A DNA stretch of 62,415 bases, counting the filler, from Kipferlia bialata (Eukaryota), in the NCBI GenBank assembly GCA_003568945.1. It is 5 parts of 5 records of this genome, joined end to end, with 100 filler letters (N's around TTAATTAATTAA, not from the genome) between each part and the next. Parts side by side here need not be neighbours in the genome. Positions count along the whole stretch, not along the records: positions 27,047 to 40,441 come from BDIP01000949.1; positions 40,542 to 53,935 come from BDIP01000950.1; 3 more parts are not named here. One strand, 5' to 3'. Below the pieces are notes generated by a model. The model saw only the letters and a list, made by a program, of their open reading frames with translations. It made no database searches and was not told the origin of the DNA. Positions within the stretch are counted from its first letter, which is position 1. The number at the start of each line of letters is the position of its first letter. The position numbers and the translations under genes are program-made. Below are positions 37,448 through 49,469 of this stretch, in pieces.

Positions 37448-40099
37448 CACCGACCGTCGGTGACCGACGGTGTCACACCGTGATGTGTCACAGTGACCGT
37501 GATTCACGAATCTGCACTGAGGGCAGACTCCACTGTGGAGTACATTGGCTCTTCTTGTTTTCAGATGAGGATACCGCTATCCCCACTGTCGCATCACGTG
37601 ATCTTACTTGGAACAGGCCCTGTTCAACAGGCAGTAGTCATATGATTTTTCAATATTTTTGAAGCCCTAACAGGCAGTAATCATATAATTATCAGTTCTT
37701 GTTCATCAATCTCCTCTTCAATTGGAAGCGATCGGGCAGGTTGCAAATTGCATCTTGCAATGTCTCTGATAGTTGCAGACTCTGCAGTGGACATGTGTGA
37801 CAAACGGTTTGTCACAAACCCCGAGTGAAAGCACAAGTTTCCCTGATGTTCCGGAATTTCTCATCACTCTGGATCAAAATCTGAAGGTACCAATGGAACT
37901 TAACTGTATTCTGACAGAACATCTTCTCGTTTCTGGGACGCGAAGCCATATTCATGCTACCTTACCCCCAAATGCAACGCGACTCGCGTTACTAGAGGCT
38001 CACGTGTAGTAGTATTGCCAAGATGCTCTTAATACATGGAGACAAGTCCACACTGACAACCTATTCACGACTCGTGAATCACGAGTATATGGGTCATAAA
38101 GTATGGCACTTCAAGTCTCCCTTCAGGCCCTGAAGTTTCAAATGTAAGAGATAGCCCTGAATCAGAGCAATATCATATATTAGAGGTATAGTCTAATTTC
38201 TCGCCCTGGTAATATAAGCTGTATTTCTCCCCCAGTGACTTTGGTAGGTTCTACATAATCTAATGTCTTCAGACTAAAGAGCACTAAAGTTTAGTGCTCT
38301 TGTATTATACAAGTGGGTAGATTCTACTGGTAGAAGTTCTACCGTAGAACTTGAGCCTCAAGACTTGAGGACTTTACCATAATTAGTAAATATCTATTAC
38401 CATAATTCCTAGCTATTTTGAAATAGGGTAGGCTTAGTGTACCTGAAGAAGGAGAGAGAGAGACTGTGTTACCCATATCGAGTGACCTTCGGACCTCCGT
38501 CGCCGGAGAAGATCGGACCTATCCCTCGGTCCATGGTATCCATAAATATGTTTGTATTATATTGATTTTTTTATTTATTTATTTTTTTTTTTTACATGAT
38601 AGTGCTGGCACTATCATGCTGGGACATGAACGACAGTGTGCTTAGACTCCTAACTTAGGAGTCCTAAGATGCAATTGTAAGTGGGTAACAGTGTAACTTA
38701 CGTAGGGTGTTTACTGGACTACAAAATTTCTTTTGGTGTTACAGTTGTACTAAGCTTAAAAGGGGCTCACAACACATATCTATTAAAATGCCGGACTCCA
38801 ACTGACCAGCGTGACGGCCACTCCCACTCTCAGTTGGAGAGGAGGGTGGTGACTCACCAGCGTGACGCAAAGTGAAGACACTAAGCGTGACACAATCAAG
38901 AAGACTCTCTGAGAGGGTGATCCATCTCGACGGCTACATTGTCCATATACAATACGACCGCTACCACCCGCAGAGCCCCACCTATAGTGAACTACAACAA
39001 CGTCTCGAGTCCTTCACGCCTAGAGATTCTGGACATGATGCAGCTTGGAAGAGGCCTGAGGTTGGATAGAGTCTCTATCTCTAATAGAGCTAGTCTCTCA
39101 GGTGTATGTATATGTACTATTGTATAAACACTGTGTAATATTGTATATATAATATATATACATATGTGTATGTCACGCTATATATACTGACCGTCCCTAA
39201 GGGCAGTTACACGTATGAGGTTGGGAGAGTGGCTACTACTAGTAGCCTACTAGAGATGCCGAGTCGGCATTGCCGACTATAGATATATGTACGTATATAT
39301 ATATAAATGTATATCACCGACCCTCAGGGGTCTTCGAGCCTTCCCAGGGTGGGAGTACTGCCCCTGCTGCCTCGGTCACCCCCGAGACTATGCAGCAACT
39401 GGTCCAGCTCCTTACCGATCAGGTAAACCAGTCTGTGGCCAACCTAGGCGCCCAGCTCGCTCAGCAGCTCGGTGGTAGGCGCGCAGGGAACACCCCTGCT
39501 TTGCCTAACATCTTCCCGGAGTACCTGGAGTGCTTTCGGTTTCGCGTTCAAGTCTCTCTGAGATTTGTGATATATAGTATAAGGAATAATGTCAGTAAAC
39601 TATATACTAATAGTATATGACAGTATCATTGATACATATATCGGTCTATGTATATAGTCCTAAGTATATGTGACACATATTATGTATATGTATATACCTA
39701 TGTATGGGAGAGTGGCTGACACCATAGCCTGCCGTTCGCCGAACGGTTCGGAAGTTGAGGTAGATCTTCTAGCCTATAGAGTGAGTGTTTGTAGGCATAC
39801 ATACATACACACACACACATATAAATGTATATATTTATGTGTGTGTGTGTGTGTGTGTGTTCTGGTACCTATGGATATATATGGAAAGGGAGTGACTCAC
39901 ATACACGATATCCTGATCAATACATTCTACCAGACAATCAAATCATATGTATCAATATCATTTTTACGTGTATAATACAAGGTGTATCTATCTCATACCT
40001 ACACAGATGTTGTTTTGGTCGCGGAGTAGAGAGAGAGGCTCAGTAGAGAGGGAAAGAGAGAGAGAGATAGATAGGTTGTGTAGGACCTACACTGTAGGT
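37448..40099. repeat. Dense cluster of single-base-centred palindromes and 7+8+7 motifs (putative transposon excision footprints)
   Basis: Perfect motifs at 37448, 37799, 38064, 38647, 39232, 39256, 40078; one-mismatch motifs at 37611 and 38349; many single odd palindromes (e.g. 37527, 37976, 38121, 38277, 38334, 39065). Confidence 0.9.
38872..39790 (+). pseudogene. Decayed coding remnant of unknown origin (gene or mobile element)
   Basis: GC-rich exon-like blocks with acceptor CCCTCAG at ~39327 (GVFEPSQGGSTAPAASVTPETMQQLVQLLTDQVNQSVANLGAQLAQQLG...); I could not splice them into a complete ORF, and palindromic scars lie between the blocks. Confidence 0.3.
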
Positions 40100-40441
40100 A
40101 AGACTCAGCCGGCACTGGAGAGAAGGTGTGTAGAGAGAGAAAAGAGTGTATATACATCTACGGAAAAGAGGTAGAATGCATAGTACTCGATCTTATACTA
40201 GCAAGAGAGAGTAACATCTGATAGAACGTGGGCGTCTATAACGCGATTGCAATGGTCACAATATATACATATACCTATGTATACCATTAATAGTGATCAC
40301 AGTGTAATTAGTTCACGACTGAAAATGAGTAGTACCGTCTATATAACTACAAGCACTATACATCATACAATACGTCTTACCTGCACATAAATGTGAGTCT
40401 TTGGTCGCTGTGGGCAGACACCACTACGAAAACCCAGTCAC

Positions 40442-40541
40442 NNNNNNNNNNNNNNNNNNNNNNNNNNNNNNNNNNNNNNNNNNNNTTAATTAATTAANNN
40501 NNNNNNNNNNNNNNNNNNNNNNNNNNNNNNNNNNNNNNNNN
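40442..40541. other. Artificial contig-joining linker
   Basis: 44 N + TTAATTAATTAA + 44 N. Confidence 0.97.
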
Positions 40542-40562
40542 CCGCTACACCCTTAACACCAG

Positions 40563-40695
40563 GTGGAGGGTTGCTCTCTCTGAGTCTGATGTCGAGGAGT
40601 GGTTCCATTCCTATGGGGACAGAGATGGACTCGAGTACAGGTATAGTTCATATATACTATATATACTGTGTGTACTATATTATATATATACACAA

Positions 40696-40727
<32 letters not shown>

Positions 40728-40860
40728 GGAGAGTTGTTCCACTCCTATGGAGACAAGGACGGGATGGAGTACAGGTAGAGTATATGGATACACTATGTGC
40801 TCTGTCATTCATACTCTGATGTATCTTGAACGTAAGGGTCTTCTGCCCTGGATGGGTTGT

Positions 40861-40903
<43 letters not shown>

Positions 40904-43900
40904 CCGTAGGGACTTCTGCCTCCTGCTTGACAACGATGTCCCTGCCTGTGACACACGCATATATATATCACACTATATATATATCCTATATATACATACA
41001 GTACATTCGTCTTATGCCTCAGGGACTTCTGCCTTCTGCTAGACAACGATGTCCCGGCCTGTGACACCAGACCAGCAGTGGAGAGGGTTCTAGGTATATA
41101 TAGATACATGTATGTATATATTCTTGTTTCATGTCCAACTCCCCTCACCCCCGGAGGCCTCTCTCCAGTACGTCTCTCTCTCTCTCTCTCCCCCCCCCTC
41201 TCTCTCTCACTCTGTGTATCTCTGTAGTTATGTATATATATATACTTACACTCCCCTCACCCCCAGAGGCCTCTGTCCAGGACCCAGTAGACCACTTGAG
41301 ACAGGTATGGATACTGAGGTCTATATATACTTCAATGTATATAGAGAGAGAGAGGGAGAGAGACATGGAGATACATGACCCAGAAGACCACTTGAGACAG
41401 GTATGGATGTGTATGCACACTGTGATGTATAGAAATTCCATTGACTCTTTGAGTTAAGTAGTGTATACGTGTCATACACCAGATCCTACTTCCGAGGGTC
41501 TGGTGTGATGGCATCAATATACATATACATATGTATATCCATACTATAGTGTATTAACCTCAGGTCCTGCTGCAGAGGGTCAGGCGGGATGGCATCACTC
41601 TGCAGAGCCTGTGGGACTCAATTGACCAGGTATATATATCTCCCTCTCTCTCTTTATTTATTTTTTTATATATTTTTATTGTTTTTAGTATAGCCATCTT
41701 TGATGTGAACAAGTATTATATACCCCCCCCCCCCTGACCCCCAGGCCAAGTCCAATGTCCTGTACCCACACGACATGAGGTATGGGGTCTGTATACATTT
41801 ATTTGTGTGTGTATATACATTATTCTTTTGAGTATGAAAGTCCTACCCCCCCCCCTCCCACCACCAACACCGCCACTACGCCTCATTTACGTACCTATCT
41901 GACTCACTGACTAACCCTCTAGAACTGGTGTTGAGTCCCTTGTGGGCAGGGTGCTGTCAGGCAGACAGTGGGAGACAGTGGCTAGACACCTAGAGAGGTA
42001 GATAATATATATTAATATGAATATATATTTATATATATATACTTATCTGTATATATATATATATATATGTCTGGCAGACAGTGGGAGACAGTGGCTAGAC
42101 ACTTGGAGAGGTATTGTTCCTAGTCATATTGTTGTATCTCTCTCAACACCCTGATTTACTGCAACTTAGGCCTGCGCGAGATGGATTACTGTCAGGATGG
42201 CACTCATATACATATATATCCATATATATATATATATACATGTATATGTGTGTGTACTCACACCGAGGATGGACGGTGCCAGGTGGGTCACCCTGTCCAA
42301 GATGACAGATATATACAACATCATATATATGTATATATCTAGTACTATACACATATTCTCTCTCTCTCTCTACACCCTTATATCAGGATGGACGGTGCCA
42401 GATGGGTCACCCTGTCCAAGATGACAGACTACCTAGAAGGGAAGGGAGAGGCCACGGAGCAGACACCCAGGTACAGTGATATGGTAGTATATACTATATA
42501 TATACTGTATTATAGTAGGTATACCTCCTGGAGGGGTAAGGGGAGGCCACAGAGCAGACACCCAGGTATGGTGCATAGAGTATACATCGTGACATCTGTG
42601 TTTATTATTCAGGTAGCTTAGTTGACAAGCATGTTACTACATTGATCCATTTTTGCTTATGTTCAGGCTACCCAGAGAGGAGCGTCGCCGCAGACAGCCT
42701 GCATCCCCGACAGTAACTAGGTGTGTATATATACATGTGTATATTTCTGTATGTGTATTTGTATGCTATAAGCTACATACGCGGACGTAGCATGCATCGC
42801 TTACAACCACGTATTCTACTGGTATTGTGGTCAGGTATACTTACCTCCCAGACACACTGAGGAGGAGAGAGAGAGAGAGGCAGACACGGACACCATCCCG
42901 CCCTCCCCCTCCAAGATGGCCCCGCCCTCCCCTCCCATGCCTGTGTCCCTGGTGGCAGAAGTACACGATAAGCCTAGGTACGCGAGATAACATATATAAC
43001 TCACACAACAGACTGCAATATATATTATCGTATCCTTTACCCCATAGGACCCCTCATCCCCACCCCTCACACACACATATATAAATGTATGCCTATGTAT
43101 GCCTATATATTCTATATATACCTAACCCTCAGGACCCGTCCCTCCACTGCCACTGTCAGACTCTCTGCCAAAGTGCATATATTGTATTATACATCACGGC
43201 ATACGCATATTATCTCGTTCAGTTTGGTAACTTACCTCAGGACCCGCCCCTCAACTGTCTGCCACTGTCAGACTGCCAGATGTATATACTCTATACCATG
43301 ATGTACTGTATTTTCTAGTATAGTATGTAATATAGTATAACCATCAGGACCCGCCCCTCCACTGCCACTGTGAGACTGCCAGATGTATACACTCTATGTC
43401 ATTGTATACCATATCTATACTGAGTATTATATACTGTATATACTCTATAGACATGCCTAACCCTCAGGACCCGCCCCTCCACTGCCACTGTCAGACTGCC
43501 AGAATGTATATTACAAATACCACACTGTACTGTAATATACTAGGCCGAGTAGTATAATATAGTATAACCCTCAGGACCCGCCCCTCCACTGCCACTGTCA
43601 GACTGCCAGATGTATACACTATATGCCAGAGTGTACCATATCTATACTCTATTGTATATACTAGGCCGAGTAGTATAGCAGGGTTTAACCTCAGGACCCG
43701 CCCCTCCACTGCCACTGTCAGACTGCCAGATGTGGCAAACAGCCCATACCCAGGTATAAAAGCAGAGGCTAACCATACTACTTGTATGGTATGTAATGAT
43801 ATGAATATAGTATTATTTTAATAGTATAATTGATCTGGGGTGGAGGGGGAGTATGGACTGCCAGATGTGGCAAATAGCCCAGATTTGTTTAGAAAGACTA

Positions 43901-46900
43901 TCCATACAGTGTACATGTGAATTGATAATAGTTAACTTCATGGTGTATATAAACTGCCGGATGTGGCAAACAGCCCATACCCTTGGTGTATGCAGATAAC
44001 AACTTGTGACATACCTATAGTGTATCAGATCCTTACCTCTAGGCTCCATCAGCACTGTCTCCCTGTCCGGTGCCCCAGTGGGTCTGGCCAGCCATGATGC
44101 TAGGTATACTAGCATAATATATTTATATATACGTATGCTTACGACGCTAGGTGTACAGACGTGTATAATATTTGATAACAGTGTATACATATCTATAATA
44201 CATAGTGCGAGTATCTTGGTCTCACCCCCAGGTCCCTGGCCACTCTGAGGAACCTCATATCGGAGAAGATATACAGGTACGGGGTATATTAGTACTGTGT
44301 GTCTATATCACACTGAAATTCCCCTCCAACGTAGCGTAGAGACCTTTAACTGTTGTTTGGCACCGATGACGTTCTTTCCCCTCACATACCGACTTCTTAC
44401 TCGTTCTCTCTCTTTCTCTCTTTCTCTATCTCTCCTACCGCTTTTGCGCCATAGACACAACTCTATCTCCCAATGCGCAAATACATATATATGTATAAAT
44501 TTAGTATGTGTATATATACACTTACCCTCTAGGCACCACCGCCACCTCCGGTCCTTCTTCCTCCATGCCGACATGTCTAGGAGTGGGGGCATATCCACAC
44601 AGGAGTTCAGGTACATATATACAGAGAGAGTACATCTACATATATTAATTATATATATACATTATATACGTGTATAGTTTCCACATGCCGACATGTCCAG
44701 GAGTGGGGGCATATCCACACAGGAGTTCAGGTATACATATGTATATAAGTATATATCACATTGCAGTATATTGTTTAGTATATGAAGTAATACTGCATCT
44801 TACCCCCCAGGCTAGCCCTGGACAGGATGAACATTTATAGTATATATGTATATATATAGTATATATGAGTATATAGTATGCACACATTGTATTATTATTA
44901 TACTATGTGTATCTTACCCCCCAGGCTAGCCCTGGACAGGATGAACATTGCCATATCGGAGGAGGTATGGGGATACTGTCATTGTAGTATTGAAACTTGT
45001 TATCATTGAATATATGGATAGAATCTATCCGATAGATATACACGTACATGAAGCATTGAAATTCCCTTAATCCTTAGGATATCAACCAGCTTGTGTCCCA
45101 CTACACCCTGCTTGACCCCGATGGAGTTATATATACGGATATAATTATATATATATGCATATATATTGTAGTCTATCCTTATAACAGGATATCAACCAGC
45201 TCGTGTCCCACTACACCCTGCTTGACACCGATGGAGAGATATCATACGGCACCCTGAGGGACTTTGTCGGGAACACAGCAGGTGATTTAGAGATCGTGCT
45301 CTAGAGGGATAGTGTTTCGCGTTGTGTATACTCTTTGCTAACTCGCAGGGAGTCTTCCTAGGGCAGAGCGCAAGAGGACAGAGCCCAAGAGAGAGACCGA
45401 GACTGAGGGCGAGAGACCTCCATCTGGTGCTAGGTATATATATATATATAGTGTATATATAGTGTCTCTCTTTCGTTCTTCTCCCATACTTACACATACA
45501 GTAGCACTTTGAAAGTACTAATAGTACTGTACCTACATCTTATACTAGACATGGCAACCGCCCCCTCTCCGGTGCCGGTATGCATGACCTCACTAGGGGT
45601 GGGAGGATATACAGCATCAGGAGTCCACCTCCTAGGTATGTATCAGTATGTGTATTCATATATATATATTGATATTGATATTCTAATGTGTGTGTCTCTC
45701 TCTTCTATGTTGCGATACACATTACTGTACAGCATCAGGAGCCCGCCACCTAGGTATTGATCTTCCCCTCTCTCTCTCTCTCTCAGCAGTTAGTTCTCTC
45801 ATTGTGTGGATGCATATGTATATCTCAGTCTATTTGTCCAAACCCTAGTCATAATCATATATACCTCCTCTATTGTGTAAGAAATGATTATTTCTCAGTC
45901 TCTATGTCCTGACTCCTAGGCTGCGTGGCGATGAGCGCCCCAAGAGTGTCATAGACGGCGTCATCACAGGTATGGATATATATATAGATATATGTGTATA
46001 TATATATGTACACATATATGTATGAGTGTCATAGACGGTGTCATCACAGGTACATAACTATATATATATATATATATATATGTTACTGTTACTCAGTCTA
46101 CTGGTGTACGGGGTCTTCACAGGCATGGATGTTAATATTTCTATGTATATATATATATATGTGTGTGTGAGTGAGTGTTTACACATAGATATTGATGTAT
46201 AAGTATGTATTAGTATATATCTATTTATGTCAGTAGACGGGGTCTTTTTCTTGGAGATGACGTTGGAATATATGAGTGTCCCTAGTGTATATCCTTTAAC
46301 ATCCTAATCCCAGGCACCGGCAAGGGAGAGAGAGAGGGAGAGGTGGAGAAGGGCAAGAAGCAGATGGGAAACAGGGCAGCAGGTACTCAATTCCTACACG
46401 ACTACTATATTCCCACATGATGACCTCTTGTGCTATCTATGTTTCTTACGCGATTCACCCTTTAGGTGACTGGGCCTCCCCCAAGGGCCCCAGGAGGCGT
46501 ACCTTCGAGGAGAGTGTCCACACGCAGAAGGCGCCAACTAGGTATAGTCAAAGTATCATATGAGCGCAATAGCATGGTACTCAGTAGTACAGGGCATCTA
46601 ACCCTCAGAGCTGTCAGACAGCTGGCCTCCCACCTGAGGCAGAGGGTCCAGGGTGGCAACAAGAGTGTCTCCCAGGCATTTGCCAAGCTCGTGGACTTCA
46701 ACAGAGACGGAAGGGTCACATTCGACGAGATTAGGTATATGGTCTCTTCTTTTCTTGTCCTTCCTTGACCTTCCTTGATCCGTATTTGACTGTTTCTGAC
46801 CCATAGGTGGCTTGTGCTGCACCACTTCCACATCGACTCCATCAGCAGAGAGACCCTGGACGAGCTCTGTGAGGTAATAGTAATAGTGTAAATATTGAAG

Positions 46901-47206
46901 ATAATTGTATTATTATTGGCCAAGTATGTGAGATTGAAACATTGTTTCTGTACTACTTTATGTGGGGATACATTGTGCATTCTTCCTCTTGATAATAGTA
47001 TTGCCCTTCAGTACCTAGACACCAATGGCTCTGGAGGTGTATCCTTCATTGTGTGTATGTGTGTATGTGGATGTGTGGATGTGTGGATATTCCTACATTA
47101 GTTCTTCCTACTTGCTACCTTAAAATTCTAACTTCAGTACCTCGACACCGATGGCTCTGGGGATGTGTCCTTCATGGAGTTTGTCCACTTCATCGAGGCA
47201 CAGTAG
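40563..47206 (+). CDS. Multi-EF-hand calcium-binding protein, 5'-partial, many micro-exons
   Basis: Exons encode LRSFFLHADMSRSGGISTQEFR|LALDRMNIAISEE|DINQLVSHY..DTDGEISY, AFAKLVDFNRDGRVTFDEIR|WLV...LDELCE|YLDTDGSGDVSFMEFVHFIEAQ* (TAG 47204-47206). Confidence 0.85.
43128..43982 (+). repeat. Exon-echo tandem array: six copies of acceptor + exon start, plus two downstream copies of the exon end
   Basis: CAG|GACCCGYCCCTCMACTG...CCACTGTSAGACT at exon-start positions 43133, 43241, 43348, 43468, 43575, 43695; only 43695-43753 is complete, with donor GTATAA. Confidence 0.9.
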
Positions 47207-47611
47207 GTCCTATACGGCCCATTTCGTTTGACTGTGAGGCCGTAGGGGGCAGCGACTCTTTGAGGAAGGATCCTTAACGACCCTGAATACTGTCCCTGCT
47301 TTTGAAGTGTAAAACATAGTTGGTAGAGTCAGTGAATGGTAATGGATGCTGAACTGTGTGTATTTGTGTATATGTATATGTGTGTGTACTGTATATGATG
47401 TTGTGTCGCGTTGTCATTGGTCGATCACGTAGAGACAATAGATCAAGAAGATAACTACAACGTTGGTCTATTAACATTAAGAGAACAGGAAGAATATTAA
47501 TGTGTTCCATATGTACGGATAATTCAAGTTGGATGGAAGAAGAGCAGTTTTGGAGAATTCATCAGAGACTCGACACCAGAAAGCATTGCATCTAGATGAT
47601 AGAAACTGGTA

Positions 47612-49185
47612 TTAAACCCGGTCAGCTTCATCAAGCTCGGCATCCACAGCTGCAGGCTCAGAAGCAAGAGTGTTGTGTCTCTGGCTCTCTACATCCACCT
47701 CCTCCCCCTCTCCCTCCCCCTCTCCCTCTGCCTCCGTGTCTTCCACCTGCTCAGTGCTGGTCCTGACCATGTGGGACATGTACCACAGACACAGGGCTGG
47801 GGTTAGGGTATTATATAGATAGANNNNNNNNNNNNNNNNNNNNNNNNNNNNNNNNNNNNNNNNNNNNNNNNNNNNNNNNNNNNNNNNNNNGAGAGAGAGA
47901 GAGAGAGAGATAGGTATGTGGGACATGTACCACAGACACAGGGCTAAGGTTAGGGTTATATATAGATATATATATATATATATTGAGAGAGAGAGAGAGA
48001 GAGAGAGAGTTAGTTATGTGGGACATGTACCACAGACACAGGGCTGGATAAGAAGGATACATCAATGAACACTTCACATTGTAATATATATGGAATATAG
48101 ATACACTATATACAGTATCATGAATTCATACCTAGCCCTGCCAGCCCCGATGTCAGGTCAGCAAAGAAGAAGGCCTGCCACACACCGTCAACACCTGGGA
48201 TGAGCAATATATCATCATTGACATGCTATTGTTTATTGCCTAACCCATGAACAACAGGCCGAATGAAATACACAGTCACGAAATTATTGGAATCAAATGT
48301 TATAACACACATACAGGTGTAACACAATTGTTGTATATATCGTCAAGTCTTACCCACGAACACAGGGAGGATGAGTATCATTCAATCATAAGCAGTATTA
48401 GACTCTTAATACGTATTGAGTATATATCACGTCTCACTTACCCATGAACACAGGCAGGATGAGTATCATTGCAATGATGAGGGCTGGTCTGAACAGAGCC
48501 AGAGTGACATTGACCCACACGTGGTGGTAGACCTGGGGATGGGTATATATATACTCTGGTACTATCACGAAGAACCTTAATACATATGTATATACATAGT
48601 ACCACCCGTACCTGTGTGATGACGTTTGCTATCTGCACACTGGACTGCAGCCATGCGGCACCTAGCATGTACCGGGTCATGGTGGCAGCCACTGCTACAA
48701 CCTAGAGTTAGGATAGGGGTATATGCATTGTCTTAGAAATACTTCTATTCATATATGTGTGATTGTAGAAGTATATCTAAAGAGAGAGAGAGGCACATAC
48801 GCTACCTCAGGATCCTCCGAGAACCTCCATACTGCTATGGGATATATAATTATTAATAAATATCTTACTACAAATTCTCAGTACATATATACTCACCTCT
48901 GGGTCCTCTGAGAACAGCCCTGCCAGGTGCTCTTGGATATATATATATATACATACATTTATATACCATATATATACCACATATATATAAGTATACCTCC
49001 GGGTCCTCTGAGAAGAGTCCTGCCAGGTGTTCAGGGAATAGGACAGCCAGGATAGAGACACACAGGGTGAAGGCATGGGCTGCGAGGAGACCTAAGTATG
49101 AGAACGAGAGAGAGAGAGAGAGAGAGAGAGACACACACACACACACAGGGTGAAGGCATGGGCTGCGACGAGACCTGGGTATAAG

Positions 49186-49219
<34 letters not shown>

Positions 49220-49432
49220 GAAGGTATGAACAGCAAGGAGATGGAAGTTACTAGACATACTGAGAGAGAGGGAAACAACGCATGGAGAGAAATACGGTGA
49301 TGGCTGCATGGGTGGCAAGGAGACCTATGTATTTGAAGGGAGATATACATATATGAATGTATAATATATACCTAGTCCGTAGCGTGTCACATCATGTCTC
49401 ATCCGTGGATATCTAGTACAGTTCTTAAGTAA

Positions 49433-49469
<37 letters not shown>

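Noticed and set aside
37448..38670. Structured ncRNA genes or terminators in the palindrome cluster
   Set aside because: One-nucleotide loops, mutually exclusive overlapping stems and no tRNA/snRNA motifs; better explained as DNA-level scars.
43128..43735. Repeat-spacer array resembling CRISPR
   Set aside because: The repeats are copies of a splice acceptor plus exon, the spacers are mutually similar TA-rich intron sequence, the context is eukaryotic and there are no cas genes.
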